Of a DNA stretch of 64,000 nt, positions 50,139-61,231 are shown one piece after another. A program made the translations under genes and the position numbers. The notes beneath the pieces are model-generated. The model made no database searches. It saw nothing but the letters and a program-made list of their open reading frames with translations, and was not told where the DNA came from. Positions within the stretch are counted from its first letter, which is position 1, and every line of letters begins with the position of its first letter. Source of the stretch: Candidatus Puniceispirillaceae bacterium (lineage in GTDB: Bacteria > Pseudomonadota > Alphaproteobacteria > Puniceispirillales > Puniceispirillaceae); assembly GCA_965656625.1 (NCBI GenBank), contig CBFHLG010000013.1:2549-66548 (forward strand). The letters are read 5' to 3'.

Positions 50139-53100
50139 CTATTCAGGGCGCGTCAGAAGTTCAGCAAGGGCAGCCTGGCGCTGGTCAGTGGTGATACAGG
50201 AAATCTCAACCGTCTGAGTCCAGACCAGCCAGCATATAACGGTTTTTTCAGGATAAATCTGGCTCAGGATATCACCATAAACCGCCATCTGGCGGACATA
50301 TCTGTTCGGGATAGCCTGCTGGTCCGGTGGCGGTGTGCCGGTCTTGAAATCGGCCAGCAGAACCTCATTTTCACCCACCATCAGCCGGTCCACCTGCCCT
50401 TGCACAATCCGGTCCCCAACGGTGCCAGACAAAGCCGCCTCTGCCAGCGCATCAGGGCTGAACAAGCCGGCCAGTCTCGGGTCGCTCATCACCGCTATGG
50501 CCTGGTCAACAAGCTGGCTGGTTAGCACAGCAGACCGGACATGCTGGCGCAGGGCCACAGGCACCCCCGCCGCAAGAGAGGCGGCAATTTTCTCTGCTGC
50601 ATCAGGCCATAAATCCGGGCTCATCGCGGGCAGAACCTCAAAGAGCTTATGAACAAACTGGCCACGCAATAATGCAGCCTTGCGGTCATCTGCGGTAAAC
50701 AGAACCGCCTGATCAGCCGCGCCCAAATCGGACGGCACCAGGGGATAGGCCGGGGTGGGTTCAGCTGCGGGCATACTATCATACCAGGCCGGCGGCTGAA
50801 GCCCGGCGCTTATATCTGTGGCCGGTTTTTTATCTGCAGCAGTATCATCCTCGCCTGATGTAGCCAGACGCCAGACCCCGTCTTGTGTCCGCACAGTCCC
50901 ATCGCAAGTTTCGATTTGGCGACTGAGAAGATGGTACCAGCTTTCCTCCAGCATGCGTTGCCGCGGCTTTTCCCAGCCGGAAATGAACAAGGCCTGGCGG
51001 GCACGGGTCAAGGCCACATATAACAGGCGGAAATCTTCTTCCTGTCTAACCTGCTTGTTGTCTTGTTTTAACTGGTCAATCAGCTCCAGCGGAGCAGCCT
51101 GACCAGATGGCCAGTACAGACCTGAAGCCCCCTGCACCAGACTGTCTGAAGGCTGGGTTGATCGCAGCATATCCGGCAGATACACAATCGGGGCTTCAAG
51201 GCCTTTCGCGCCATGCACGCTCATCACCCGTATCTGGCCGCCCTCATGCATATCCATATCGCGTTTGATCTCGCTGCCGCCCTGCCGGAAGAAAGTTAAA
51301 AAATGACTGAGGCCAGCCTGGCCTTGCTGGCCATGTTCACGGGCCTGAAGCAGAAAGGCGTTCAGACTATCATCAACAGCCGGGCCAAGCCGCCGGTGAA
51401 ACGCCTGCCGCCCGCCCTCGGTTAACACCACACTGAAAAATTCAAACACCGGCAATTGATCAGCAAGGCCCAGCCACCGGTTCAGCTTTTCCGCCGCGCC
51501 GCTGAACCGGGCTGAAGTGGCAGCGGCCTTGTCCACCGCCTCAAACAGGCTGGCCTTCCCCCGACCCACAGCCAGCGCAAACAGCTCATCCTCATCAAGG
51601 CCGATAAGCGGGGATTTCAGCAGACAGGCCAGTTGTAAATCATCTTCCGGCAGCAGGCACACATCACCCAAGGCCAGCAAATCAAGGATTTCAATCTGAT
51701 TGTTCAGAACAATCCGATCTGCCCCGGCAACAGGAATATTTGCCCGTTCCAGTTCAGCCCGCAATAGCGCAAAAAAACTATCCCGCCGACGCAGCAAGAT
51801 AAGAATATCCTGTGGCCAGATAGGGCGGCCGAACAGCTCGGCCTCTGCCCCGTCAAGAAGCCCCTTGATATGCGCCACAACATTCTTTGCATGACGGGTA
51901 TCGCTGTCTTCCTCCTCCAGCAGGTCAGGTGCATCAAACATCGGCAAATCAGCTTTCGTGGTGCCTGTGCTGACCGGCCAGACTTCAACCAAACCAGCCA
52001 TGCCGGTGCGGAACACATCATGGTTCTGATAATCAGACCGGCCAAGGCCCCTGACCTCATCGGCTGTCATAACGCTGTCAACAAAATGAAGCACCGCCTG
52101 GCTGGAGCGGAAAGACAGGGTGAAGTCGATCACATCAAAGGGTTTTCCGACCGCAGCCGCCCTGGCCGCCAGCCGGGTTTGCGACTCAGCGAAGGTCTGC
52201 GGGTTCGCGCCCTGAAAGCTGTAAATCGATTGTTTAAAATCCCCGACCGCAAATACGGTGCGCTCACCTGCCTCCTCATCCCCATCAAAGAAGGGCTCGG
52301 TCAGTTTGTTCAGCAAGGACCATTGTGCCGGGCTGGTATCCTGAGCTTCATCGATCAGCAGGTGATTAATGCCCTGATCGAGCTTCCAGCGCACCCAGGC
52401 CATCATCTGTTCCTGCCCTAACAGCTGTTCGGTGAAAAATATCAGGTCTTCATAATCAAGCAGCCCGGCGGACAGCTTATGCGCCTGAAACTGGCGAAAG
52501 ACAGCTACACTGGCCCTTGCAAGAGACAGGCTGAGCTGGACACAGCGTTCGGCCGATTTCAGCTGATAATAGCCATCAAGCTGACCTGCCAACTGGCCCT
52601 GCAAGCGGTCACAATCTGGGTCATATTCATCAACCTTCTTATCTGTCATCCGCTTCAGGCGAGCCCCGGTGGCAGTGGTGAACAGGGCTGCCAGACTGTT
52701 TAGATCTGGCTTGAGTTGTTCATCGTTCTCCTCCAGCCAGCTTTGCAACCGCTGGCCCCGGCCAGCCTGAACATTGCCGCCGCGCAGCAGGGCTGCAGCA
52801 ATCTTTTTCAGTGGCATCTGTCTTATTTGTTCAGTCAGTTCTTGCTCGGCCGCCTCCAGATCCACCGGCGGGTCAACATCAAGATCGGCTCTTAATTTTG
52901 CTTCATAGCCAGACAGGCCCAGCGGGTCATCAGCCAGATGATGAAGCTGTCGCCGGTTCCGCATATGGCTTTTTATATGCTTGATGGCTTGTGTCTCGTC
53001 GGTCTGCTGGGTGATAACGGCCAGTGCCTCAGCCAGCTTTACATCCTGAATGCGGCCAGCCTCCTCCAGCAGGCTGAAAAAACAGTCCGTCAGCAACCGC

Positions 53101-53582
53101 TCACTCTCCAACTCGCTCAGCAGCTGAAAATCAGGCGGTACATTGGCTTCAACCGGAAAGCGTTTCAGCACCGCCTGGCAAAAGGAATGAACTGTTTCAA
53201 TACGCGGCCCGTTTTCATGATCAAGGATATGGGCAAACAGGCTACGGGCTGTTTTGATCTGTGCTTGCGTGGGACGCCGCTCCCCCAGCTTTCGCATCTC
53301 TTCGATCAGATCAACCTGCTCGCAAATCGCCCAGGCAGAAAGCCGTTCATACAATCGGCTTGTCATTTCTGTGGCGGCCGCCTTGGTGTAGGTCACACAT
53401 AAGATTGTGTCTGGGGCCACCCCGCTCAACAAAAGCCGCAACACCCGCATGGTCAGAACCTGGGTTTTACCGGTTCCGGCGTTGGCCGACACGAACACAG
53501 ACCGTTCAGGGTCAGAGGCCGCTATCTGCAACAAAGTCGCCTTATTACCGGATTGCTGGTCAACAATGGGCTCAGTCATCAT
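50139..53582 (-). CDS. addA: Double-strand break repair helicase-nuclease AddA (alphaproteobacterial type)
   Basis: UvrD-like helicase with Walker [12 protein letters not shown] and DEAQDTS, plus a C-terminal PD-(D/E)XK nuclease (GQVDRL...LADFKTG). The start is taken at ATG 53582 (MMTEPIV), which overlaps the last 11 nt of addB. Confidence 0.92.
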   Translation of the reverse strand: MMTEPIVDQQSGNKATLLQIAASDPERSVFVSANAGTGKTQVLTMRVLRLLLSGVAPDTILCVTYTKAAATEMTSRLYERLSAWAICEQVDLIEEMRKLGERRPTQAQIKTARSLFAHILDHENGPRIETVHSFCQAVLKRFPVEANVPPDFQLLSELESERLLTDCFFSLLEEAGRIQDVKLAEALAVITQQTDETQAIKHIKSHMRNRRQLHHLADDPLGLSGYEAKLRADLDVDPPVDLEAAEQELTEQIRQMPLKKIAAALLRGGNVQAGRGQRLQSWLEENDEQLKPDLNSLAALFTTATGARLKRMTDKKVDEYDPDCDRLQGQLAGQLDGYYQLKSAERCVQLSLSLARASVAVFRQFQAHKLSAGLLDYEDLIFFTEQLLGQEQMMAWVRWKLDQGINHLLIDEAQDTSPAQWSLLNKLTEPFFDGDEEAGERTVFAVGDFKQSIYSFQGANPQTFAESQTRLAARAAAVGKPFDVIDFTLSFRSSQAVLHFVDSVMTADEVRGLGRSDYQNHDVFRTGMAGLVEVWPVSTGTTKADLPMFDAPDLLEEEDSDTRHAKNVVAHIKGLLDGAEAELFGRPIWPQDILILLRRRDSFFALLRAELERANIPVAGADRIVLNNQIEILDLLALGDVCLLPEDDLQLACLLKSPLIGLDEDELFALAVGRGKASLFEAVDKAAATSARFSGAAEKLNRWLGLADQLPVFEFFSVVLTEGGRQAFHRRLGPAVDDSLNAFLLQAREHGQQGQAGLSHFLTFFRQGGSEIKRDMDMHEGGQIRVMSVHGAKGLEAPIVYLPDMLRSTQPSDSLVQGASGLYWPSGQAAPLELIDQLKQDNKQVRQEEDFRLLYVALTRARQALFISGWEKPRQRMLEESWYHLLSRQIETCDGTVRTQDGVWRLATSGEDDTAADKKPATDISAGLQPPAWYDSMPAAEPTPAYPLVPSDLGAADQAVLFTADDRKAALLRGQFVHKLFEVLPAMSPDLWPDAAEKIAASLAAGVPVALRQHVRSAVLTSQLVDQAIAVMSDPRLAGLFSPDALAEAALSGTVGDRIVQGQVDRLMVGENEVLLADFKTGTPPPDQQAIPNRYVRQMAVYGDILSQIYPEKTVICWLVWTQTVEISCITTDQRQAALAELLTRPE

Positions 53583-56500
53583 CCACCTCTTGTGGCCGCC
53601 ATTCGCGTACCCGAGAGAGATGCCGATAATCAGAATAGGCCGGTCTGTCATGAGGGCTGGGCTCTGGCAGGTAGGGCTGGTCTGCATCATCATATTTGCA
53701 GATCAAATCGGTTAAGTACTGGCGATCCTGTTGAGCATCAAAGCCAGCTGGAAGCACTGCGGTAATGCGAGCGGCCCTTTCCCAACCGCCGGACAACTGC
53801 CAGTATTCCAAGGCCCTGAACCCTTGTGGTTTGTCCTCTTCAGCACGGGCAAAGCCACCGGCCTCGGCAATCACAGCCTCAATCAGAAGCTGGGTCGCGC
53901 GCCGGTTTGCCACCTTTGCCTTGCTGGGTACAGCCCCTGTTTTATAGTCGATAATGCTGAGCGCGCCGTCTTTGTGAATATCCAGCCTGTCGGCGGTTGC
54001 GGTAACAATGACAGGGCCATGCGGGGCTTCAAGGCTGATCTGGCCCTTTTGTTCAGAAAGCGTTTTGACCAGTTCGGTGCGGAGGCCGTGTTCATGTTCG
54101 ATGAACCAGTCCGCAATGAGGCGAAACCGCGCCAGCCAGAACGCCTTAATCGGCGGATGCCAGAAATAGGGCGCAAAGGTTTCTTCACCAAGTCGGTACA
54201 GCGTCTCTGTCGCGTCTTCTGGCAGGGGGCCTGACGCAAACTGTTCGGTGAATGCAGCCAAGGCTTTATGCGTTAAGGTGCCCCGCAGCGCCGCATCAGG
54301 CCGCCTGTCAACCGGCTGCAATGGCTTGAGGTTCAGGATTTTCTTTGCGTAGATAAAGTAAGGGTCCGCTATCCAGCTATCGAATTCTGTTGCCGAAAAC
54401 TGGCGCGGCCGCACCGCAATTTCCGGCCGGGGGGCTGGCATTTCAATTGGCGTAACAGGCTGGTTAAGATGCTGACGCAACGCCGCCGCGACATCATCTG
54501 GCACGCCACTGTCCAGCGTCTCAGACAATTTAGCAGCGGCCACTACGGCCTTCAGCCGCTCCAGCCACCGGCTTGGTGTAGTCGGGCTGTCATCTGACCG
54601 CCGGGCCCGCGTGATGGTGACCTGTGATGTGCAGACCTGCATCAAAAAATCATGCGCTGACAGGCCGACACGCCAACGCCTGTCAGGCAGCTTCAGCGCC
54701 GCCCGGATAGGCTGATTGGTCCAGGGATCAAAATCTTGTGCTGGCGGCCAGCTGCCCTCATTCACGCCGGCAAGGATGATATGATCAGCAGTCTGCATAC
54801 GCGCTTCAACCGTACCCAGAATAGCCAGGCGCGGGTGCGAGCGCCACACCGATCGAACAATCTGCTGGCCAGCCAGAACATGAAACAGACCTGCATAATC
54901 TTTGGTTTGCACCGCAAAGCTGTTGCCTGAGGCGGCCAGCTCACCCAGCAGGTGGGCCGCCACCTTGCCATCATCACGGCTCCACAGCGCTTCAACAGCC
55001 TGGTTTTCGATATCAGTTTGCGCCAGCTGTTCGGCCGCCTTGCCATGGGCCTCTGCCAGACTGTCCAGTGTTGCAGTTGCAGTGGCAAACGCCTCTATCA
55101 ACGGGGACAGAGGCTGCAGGATATTTTCCTCATAGAATTGTTGTAACGTGCGCAACGCCGGATCAGCGCCCAGCATTGCCTGAATGCCGTCCCTGTCGCT
55201 CTGCTGCAGATACCCCCTTAAGACCTGCCTCTCCAGCTGCCGGCCCAATTGTCTGAACTGTGCAGACGCCAGTCCGCCGCTGGCCAACGGGTGTTTGATG
55301 AGCGCCAGAAGAGCCTGTGCAGACCCGTCCTGCTGAGCCCATTCAGCTATTAGCTGCAGATAATGTCCTGTGCGGGTCAGAGGCAAAGCTGTGCCCGCGC
55401 TGTCATCCACATCAAGACCCCATTTCAACAACGCCGCCCTTACCTGACGGGCAAGCTGTCTGTCCGGGGTGACCAGCATCGCGGTCTGTCGGTCTGTTTC
55501 CAGGGTTTTGCGCATCAGACAGGCGATAATATCAGCCTCATGATGGGTGTCATCTGCCTCAATCAGGCGTAAGCCGGACAAGGTGCTGGCGGTAATCTCT
55601 GGATGATCACGCCCAATTTGCCGCCAGCGGTCGGTTTGCTCGGCCGGCAGAAATACCTGCCTCATCAGCGCGGCACGGGCTATTTCTGCTGGCTGGCGCT
55701 CGCAAACTGGCCAGAGCGGCACCTCCTCTGGCCCCAGCTCAAGTTTAGAAAATGTTGTGAACAGCTGATGCAGAGGATGGCCAACATCCCCCAGAATGCC
55801 GTTCAGATCATTCTTATCCACTGCCTGACCATCATGACCGGGAAACACCAAAACCCCTGCAGGCAACTGGCGAATAGCACGCATTATTTCAATGGTTTTC
55901 GGCAGGCTGCCCGTTGAACCTGCCAGAATAACCGGGGTCTGCGGCGGCTGGTCTGCCCAGTGTTGCACCTGCCTGTCCAGCATCGCCAGGCGGCGGGCAG
56001 ACGGGTCCATCACCCCTCGCTCGCGGGTTATCTCCGGCCAGTTCTGGAGGATGATACGCAGGAAGGTCAGAATATCGGCCCAATGCCGGGCAAATTCAGA
56101 CGGGATTACAGCCTCGTCAAGATCATCAAGGCTGCCGCCAGACTGATAGACCTGATCTAAGAACCGGGCAAGACTGGCCGCCAGCCTGAAGGACTGTGCC
56201 GGCGACAATAGCTGCCCGCCCACAGGACGGCTTTGGATCAGGCGGGCCAGAACGATATGCCTGTCGGTCATGCTGGCAGAGGGCGGCAGGTCGGCCAACT
56301 CATCAGCTGTTAACTGCAAAGAGAGAAACTCTGCGTCAAGCTCATCCACATCACCAATTGGCTGCATCTCCGGCAAAAATAACGCACGGCCGCCGGATTG
56401 TTGAATAAAGGCTGTTTTCAGGGCCTGTGCGGCCCGGCGCGAGGGCAGCAGAATTTTGATTTTTGCCAGCTCTTCAGGGCGCTGGACAACCGCCAGAATG

Positions 56501-56604
56501 CCGCTCGCCAGATCTTGTGCAAAAGGCCGGCCCGCCGGAATCGTAAAAATGCCGGGTCGGGTTAACTCAGCAAATGAAGGTGAGGGCTGAATATCGCAAA
56601 CCAT
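53572..56604 (-). CDS. addB: Double-strand break repair protein AddB (alphaproteobacterial type)
   Basis: 1010 aa. Degenerate helicase-like N-terminal region (AGSTGSLPKT instead of GxxxxGKT) and a C-terminal PD-(D/E)XK motif (DRLD...IIDYKTG). Translationally coupled to addA. Confidence 0.9.
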   Translation of the reverse strand: MVCDIQPSPSFAELTRPGIFTIPAGRPFAQDLASGILAVVQRPEELAKIKILLPSRRAAQALKTAFIQQSGGRALFLPEMQPIGDVDELDAEFLSLQLTADELADLPPSASMTDRHIVLARLIQSRPVGGQLLSPAQSFRLAASLARFLDQVYQSGGSLDDLDEAVIPSEFARHWADILTFLRIILQNWPEITRERGVMDPSARRLAMLDRQVQHWADQPPQTPVILAGSTGSLPKTIEIMRAIRQLPAGVLVFPGHDGQAVDKNDLNGILGDVGHPLHQLFTTFSKLELGPEEVPLWPVCERQPAEIARAALMRQVFLPAEQTDRWRQIGRDHPEITASTLSGLRLIEADDTHHEADIIACLMRKTLETDRQTAMLVTPDRQLARQVRAALLKWGLDVDDSAGTALPLTRTGHYLQLIAEWAQQDGSAQALLALIKHPLASGGLASAQFRQLGRQLERQVLRGYLQQSDRDGIQAMLGADPALRTLQQFYEENILQPLSPLIEAFATATATLDSLAEAHGKAAEQLAQTDIENQAVEALWSRDDGKVAAHLLGELAASGNSFAVQTKDYAGLFHVLAGQQIVRSVWRSHPRLAILGTVEARMQTADHIILAGVNEGSWPPAQDFDPWTNQPIRAALKLPDRRWRVGLSAHDFLMQVCTSQVTITRARRSDDSPTTPSRWLERLKAVVAAAKLSETLDSGVPDDVAAALRQHLNQPVTPIEMPAPRPEIAVRPRQFSATEFDSWIADPYFIYAKKILNLKPLQPVDRRPDAALRGTLTHKALAAFTEQFASGPLPEDATETLYRLGEETFAPYFWHPPIKAFWLARFRLIADWFIEHEHGLRTELVKTLSEQKGQISLEAPHGPVIVTATADRLDIHKDGALSIIDYKTGAVPSKAKVANRRATQLLIEAVIAEAGGFARAEEDKPQGFRALEYWQLSGGWERAARITAVLPAGFDAQQDRQYLTDLICKYDDADQPYLPEPSPHDRPAYSDYRHLSRVREWRPQEVDDD

Positions 56605-56643
56605 ACCCGGCAGTATAGTCCAGTTTCCCCCCTTCAGACAGCC

Positions 56644-56668
56644 TAAAACAAACCTTTGCTGGCAAAGG
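56644..56668 (-). terminator. Rho-independent terminator after tsaE
   Basis: CCTTTGC / GCAAAGG 7-bp stem (56653-56668). On the minus strand it is followed by TTTGTTTTA. Confidence 0.5.
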
Positions 56669-56684
56669 CGTCATGCCTCAGCCG

Positions 56685-57164
56685 TCAGGCAAAGAAATCT
56701 GTCTTGAACGCGGTGAGGATAGCAGGGGCCGCCGCCAACGCCGCTACACGGCTACCCTCTTCAGGCCCCATTGCTAAATCGACAATCACCTGATCAGGGG
56801 GAAGTAACTGTGTTATTTTATCTGGCCATTCGATCAGACAGCAGCAGTCAAAAAATGCCTCTTCAACCCCTAGGGCCAGCGCCTCATCTGCTGTTTCAAG
56901 GCGGTATAAATCCATATGCCACACCTCAAAACCGGCCGTTGCCTGATAGGGCTGAACCAGAGTGAAGGTCGGGCTGGGGATATCATCTTGCGGGCCGCAA
57001 GACGCCTCAATCATCGCCCGGGCCAGCTCAGATTTACCCGCCCCTAATGGACCGGACAGGCTAAATACGCGGCCAGGCGCAACAAAGCGGGACAAGGCCG
57101 TGGCAAAATGCTTTGTTGCGGCAAGATCAGGAAGCGTAAGGGCGAGGCTGTCGAGCATATTCAA
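56685..57164 (-). CDS. tsaE: tRNA t6A37 biosynthesis ATPase TsaE
   Basis: 159 aa. Walker A SGPLGAGKSELARAM, SPTFTL, and HMDLYRL motifs. Confidence 0.9.
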   Translation of the reverse strand: MNMLDSLALTLPDLAATKHFATALSRFVAPGRVFSLSGPLGAGKSELARAMIEASCGPQDDIPSPTFTLVQPYQATAGFEVWHMDLYRLETADEALALGVEEAFFDCCCLIEWPDKITQLLPPDQVIVDLAMGPEEGSRVAALAAAPAILTAFKTDFFA

Positions 57165-57215
57165 ACCTGTCGGTTAAGAGGGTTGACGCTGAACACAGCC
57201 GCCGCCCGTGCGCCC

Positions 57216-58610
57216 TTAATACCTGTACTGTTCTGTCTTGAACGGTCCCTGCTGGCCGACACCGATATAATCGGCCTGCTCTTCACGCAGAGTGGTCAGG
57301 GTGGCGCCGACCTTCTCCAGATGCAGGGCCGCCACCTTTTCATCCAGATGCCGCGGCAATGTATAGACCGTGTTGTTATAGTCGGCATGGCTAGCCCACA
57401 ACTCAATCTGGGCCAGAACCTGGTTGGTAAAGGATGCGGACATTACAAATGACGGGTGGCCTGTCGCACAGCCCAGATTAACCAGACGCCCTTTGGCCAG
57501 CAGGATCATCCGCTTGCCATCTGGAAATTCGACTTCATCAACCTGCGGTTTGACTTCACGCCAGGTCATATTTGACAGCGAGGAGACCTGAATTTCATTG
57601 TCGAAATGACCAATGTTACAGACAATCGCGCGATCTTTCATCTCGCGCATGTGATCAAGCGTGATGACATCCTTATTACCGGTCGCGGTAACAAAGATAT
57701 CCGCTTTCTGAGCGGCCTGTTCCATGGTCACGACCTCATAGCCTTCCATCGCAGCCTGAAGCGCACAAATCGGGTCAATTTCAGTAACCATCACACGGGC
57801 CCCGCCCTGACGAAGAGACGCCGCAGAGCCTTTGCCCACATCGCCATAACCGCAAACCACAGCAACCTTGCCCGCAAGCATCACATCTGTTGCCCGCCGG
57901 ATCCCGTCAACCAGAGATTCGCGGCAACCATACAGATTATCAAATTTCGATTTGGTAACAGAGTCGTTCACATTAATGGCCGGGAACGGCAGTTGGCCTT
58001 TTTCGGCCATCTGATACAGCCTCAAGACGCCTGTTGTGGTTTCCTCAGACACGCCCAAGATGGCGTCTTTCTGCCGGGTGAACCAGCCCGGGCTAGTGGC
58101 GTGACGCTTATGCAGCTGGGCCTTAAGGTACTCTTCTTCTTCTGATGCGGGTTGGGCCAGCACATCTTCACCTTCCTCAAGGCGCGCACCGAGCAGAATA
58201 TACATCGTCGCATCGCCGCCATCATCCAGGATAAGGTTGGCAGGGTCACCATCGGACCAGTCAAAAATCTTATCAACATAGGCCCAGTAATCTTCCAAGG
58301 TTTCGCCTTTGACCGCAAACACCGGAATGCCAGCCTCAGCGATTGCTGCGGCAGCCTGATCCTGAGTTGAGAAGATGTTACAGGACGACCAGCGCAACTC
58401 TGCCCCCAGTTCAGCCAGTGTCTCAATAAGAACCGCGGTTTGAATGGTCATATGCAGACAGCCGGCTATACGCGCGCCTTTTAAGGGCTGTTTACCTTTA
58501 TATTCATCACGCAACGCCATCAGGCCTGGCATTTCATTTTCAGCGATCGATATTTCACGACGGCCCCATTCAGCCAGCCCGGCATCGGCAATTACGTAAT
58601 CCTGACTCAT
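57216..58610 (-). CDS. ahcY: Adenosylhomocysteinase
   Basis: [20 protein letters not shown]..., with NAD-binding GYGDVGKG and the ~40-aa insertion typical of bacterial long-form SahH. The start is taken at the ATG 7 nt after GGAG; the ATG two codons upstream is too close to the SD. Confidence 0.95.
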   Translation of the reverse strand: MSQDYVIADAGLAEWGRREISIAENEMPGLMALRDEYKGKQPLKGARIAGCLHMTIQTAVLIETLAELGAELRWSSCNIFSTQDQAAAAIAEAGIPVFAVKGETLEDYWAYVDKIFDWSDGDPANLILDDGGDATMYILLGARLEEGEDVLAQPASEEEEYLKAQLHKRHATSPGWFTRQKDAILGVSEETTTGVLRLYQMAEKGQLPFPAINVNDSVTKSKFDNLYGCRESLVDGIRRATDVMLAGKVAVVCGYGDVGKGSAASLRQGGARVMVTEIDPICALQAAMEGYEVVTMEQAAQKADIFVTATGNKDVITLDHMREMKDRAIVCNIGHFDNEIQVSSLSNMTWREVKPQVDEVEFPDGKRMILLAKGRLVNLGCATGHPSFVMSASFTNQVLAQIELWASHADYNNTVYTLPRHLDEKVAALHLEKVGATLTTLREEQADYIGVGQQGPFKTEQYRY

Positions 58611-58696
58611 TTTCATACTCCGCGGTAAATCTGTTTTTAGGTGTAAATAAAACCTTTGCGACTGTGCCTAGCAAAATTCATGCAAAATAGCAAAAT

Positions 58697-59626
58697 CTAA
58701 CGTATTTCGCGGTGAAACACTGACACCGGAATTGGCAATGTCTCTGCCCATCTGGCAAACCATTCAGCCGCGACCACTGAACGATGTTTGCCGCCAGTAC
58801 AGCCGAACGCAATGGTCAGATGCGGCCTGCCGTCACCTGTCTGGGTCGGCAGTGTATTCTCTATCATGTCTGTCAGCTTATCCATAAAGGGTTTGAACCT
58901 TGGGTCGGCCTCAACAAACGTCTTTACCTCCTGGTCCCTGCCTGTCTTCGCCCTGAGCTCAAACTGCCAGTGCGGGTTATCAAGGAAGCGCATGTCAAAA
59001 ACATAATCGGCTGATTCAGGCAGGCCCTTTTTATAGGAAAAGCTTTGCGCGGTGATCAAAACCTTGTCTTCATCACTGAGGCCAAGACGGGAGAGCAGTT
59101 CACGCCGGAAATCGGCGGGCGCGCGTCCGGTACTGTCCATATGGATATCAGCCAGATGCGAGACCGCCGCCAGAGATTTTCTGTCTAGCTCTATGGCCTG
59201 CTCCAGACTATCTGTCTGTTCGGCCATCGGGTGCCGCCGCCTGGTGGCCTTATAGCGGCGCAGCAATTCTTCGGTTGTGGCTTCTATCAGGACCAGCTGA
59301 CAACGGTCCTGCATGGAGGATTTCAAATTGGTGACCAGCCTGACAATCGTCTCCGGCTCAAACCCGGCGGTGCGCAAATCAACACCTATCGCAAGCTTTG
59401 TTTTTTCTGTCTCCACTGACAGGGCCACAAGCTGGTCCACCAATGCCAGCGGCAGATTATCAACAGCTGTGAACTCTGCATCTTCAAGAATATCAAGAGC
59501 GGTTGAATGGCCTGAACCAGACTGGCCGATAACAATAACCAGTTGCACCGCCTGATCAGCAGCAGAGTGACTCTCAGCGCCGTCGGCGCGGGTCTCATCA
59601 TCATGGGGCAAAGATGTCATGCCCAT
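58697..59626 (-). CDS. rapZ: RNase adapter / nucleotide-binding protein RapZ (YhbJ family)
   Basis: Walker A GQSGSGHSTAL, then a C-terminal FDMRFLDNPH and CTGGKHRSV motifs. Confidence 0.9.
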   Translation of the reverse strand: MGMTSLPHDDETRADGAESHSAADQAVQLVIVIGQSGSGHSTALDILEDAEFTAVDNLPLALVDQLVALSVETEKTKLAIGVDLRTAGFEPETIVRLVTNLKSSMQDRCQLVLIEATTEELLRRYKATRRRHPMAEQTDSLEQAIELDRKSLAAVSHLADIHMDSTGRAPADFRRELLSRLGLSDEDKVLITAQSFSYKKGLPESADYVFDMRFLDNPHWQFELRAKTGRDQEVKTFVEADPRFKPFMDKLTDMIENTLPTQTGDGRPHLTIAFGCTGGKHRSVVAAEWFARWAETLPIPVSVFHREIR

Positions 59627-59644
59627 AATCTAGCAAACTTATCG

Positions 59645-61231
59645 CTAGCGGGCCAGTGGCAGACGAAGCGTAAACACCGCCCCGCCTTCAGGCCGGTTGG
59701 CCGCCGTCAGGCTGCCGCCATGGGCATTGGCGATTTGCCGGGCAATAGACAGACCCAGACCGGAATGCTGGCCAAACCCTTCGTCAGCTGGCCGTTCTGT
59801 GTAGAACCGTTGGAAAATCTTCTCTTCTTTTCCTTCTGGCAGGCCTTTGCCACAGTCAGCTATACGAATAACAGCAAAACCTTTTTCGCGTTTCAGCTCT
59901 ACTTCAATCGGCTCATCACCTTTATGGAAGGTCATCGCATTGGCAATCAGATTATCAAGAATCTGGATAATCCGCGTGGTGTGAATAGCTGCGCGCACCG
60001 GCCGCTTCGGGCCTGTGAAGGACAGGCTTTGCAGGCCGTGACGTTCTTTAAAAACAGTTGACCAGTTTGTCAGCAGCTCAAGGATATCGTGAACCTCAGC
60101 AGGCTGAAGCGACAATTCAGCATCCACACGGCTGGCCTGAGAGATGTCTGAAATAAGCCGGTCCAGACGCTGTACATCAGCTAAGATGATATCCATCAGC
60201 TTGCGCTGCTGTTCTGGATTATCAATGCGGGAAACCGTTTCCACAGCCGAGCGCAGAGAGGTCAACGGGTTTTTGATCTCATGCGCCACATCAGCCGCAA
60301 ACCCTGCTGTTGCCTGTATCCGGCGTTGCAATTCTGCGGTCATATCGACAAGAGCCTGCGAGAGCTGGCCGATTTCATCTCTTCGCTCCGGCAGGCCTCT
60401 CAGCGGGGCGGTTGTATCGGCGGTCTGTCTCAGCTTGTCTGCTGAGGCCGCCAGAAACACAATCGGCCGGGTGATGGAACGGGCCAGATACAGACCCAGA
60501 AGGATGGTGACCAGCAAAATGCCGGCAAACAATTGAACAAAAGCCCATTGCACATTTTCAATTTCACGTTCGATTGTGCCGCCTGTACTGGTCATCAACA
60601 ATGCGCCTTTGACAATCCGCAAATCCTGTATCGGCAGGCTGACCGAAAGGACCAGCTGGCCCCGCGGATTGCGCCACATGCTGCGCATCACTTCACCGGC
60701 CAGGGCCCGCTGAACATCAGGAAAACCCTCTGCGTGCCGCAGGCCGCGCATATTCATCACCGGGGCAGGCGATCTGTTGCTGATCAAATCTGCCAGCCCG
60801 TTCATCATCTGCACAATTTCGATTCGGACCTGTTCCTGCAGCGGTTCTGGGGCCCGTTTCTTGATCCTGATCCGGCTGCGTGAGGCGCCGCGTTTATTGG
60901 TATCGGCCATGATTTGCCCGGATGGCTGGAACACGCGCGCCCGAAGCTGTGTGCCATACCCAACCAGAGGCAGCAGATGGCGCATGGTCTGCGGGGCCAG
61001 TCCCCTCACGCCAAAGGGACGCTCGCGGGTATCTTCAAGAGCCAGTGAGCGGGCCAGAATCCGGCCCTGGCGCTCAAGCGCGTCAAATTCCGCCTGCACC
61101 AGAACAGACCGGTACTGGTCAATGGAAAACAGGCCAATGAAAAACAGCGCCAGGGGAAACAGCATAATCGCCAGAATCCGCGCAGATAACGGGCTTATGA
61201 AGGACGGCCAGAACCGGAATTTTTCTGCCAC
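59645..61231 (-). CDS. chvG: Sensor histidine kinase, ChvG/ExoS/BvrS type
   Basis: GTG start after AGGAGA. N-terminal TM plus stimulus-sensing domain, HAMP, H-box FAADVAHEIKNPLTSLRSAVET, and an HATPase N/G-box (DNLIANA, DCGKGLP, GLGLSIA). It sits downstream of chvI. Confidence 0.85.
   Translation of the reverse strand: MAEKFRFWPSFISPLSARILAIMLFPLALFFIGLFSIDQYRSVLVQAEFDALERQGRILARSLALEDTRERPFGVRGLAPQTMRHLLPLVGYGTQLRARVFQPSGQIMADTNKRGASRSRIRIKKRAPEPLQEQVRIEIVQMMNGLADLISNRSPAPVMNMRGLRHAEGFPDVQRALAGEVMRSMWRNPRGQLVLSVSLPIQDLRIVKGALLMTSTGGTIEREIENVQWAFVQLFAGILLVTILLGLYLARSITRPIVFLAASADKLRQTADTTAPLRGLPERRDEIGQLSQALVDMTAELQRRIQATAGFAADVAHEIKNPLTSLRSAVETVSRIDNPEQQRKLMDIILADVQRLDRLISDISQASRVDAELSLQPAEVHDILELLTNWSTVFKERHGLQSLSFTGPKRPVRAAIHTTRIIQILDNLIANAMTFHKGDEPIEVELKREKGFAVIRIADCGKGLPEGKEEKIFQRFYTERPADEGFGQHSGLGLSIARQIANAHGGSLTAANRPEGGAVFTLRLPLAR

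Noticed and set aside
58611-58696. Looked for an SAH riboswitch upstream of ahcY, which is common in Proteobacteria.
   Set aside because: Only about 86 nt separate rapZ from ahcY. I cannot find the conserved SAH-riboswitch core or a plausible pseudoknot in it. A covariance-model scan would be the definitive check.
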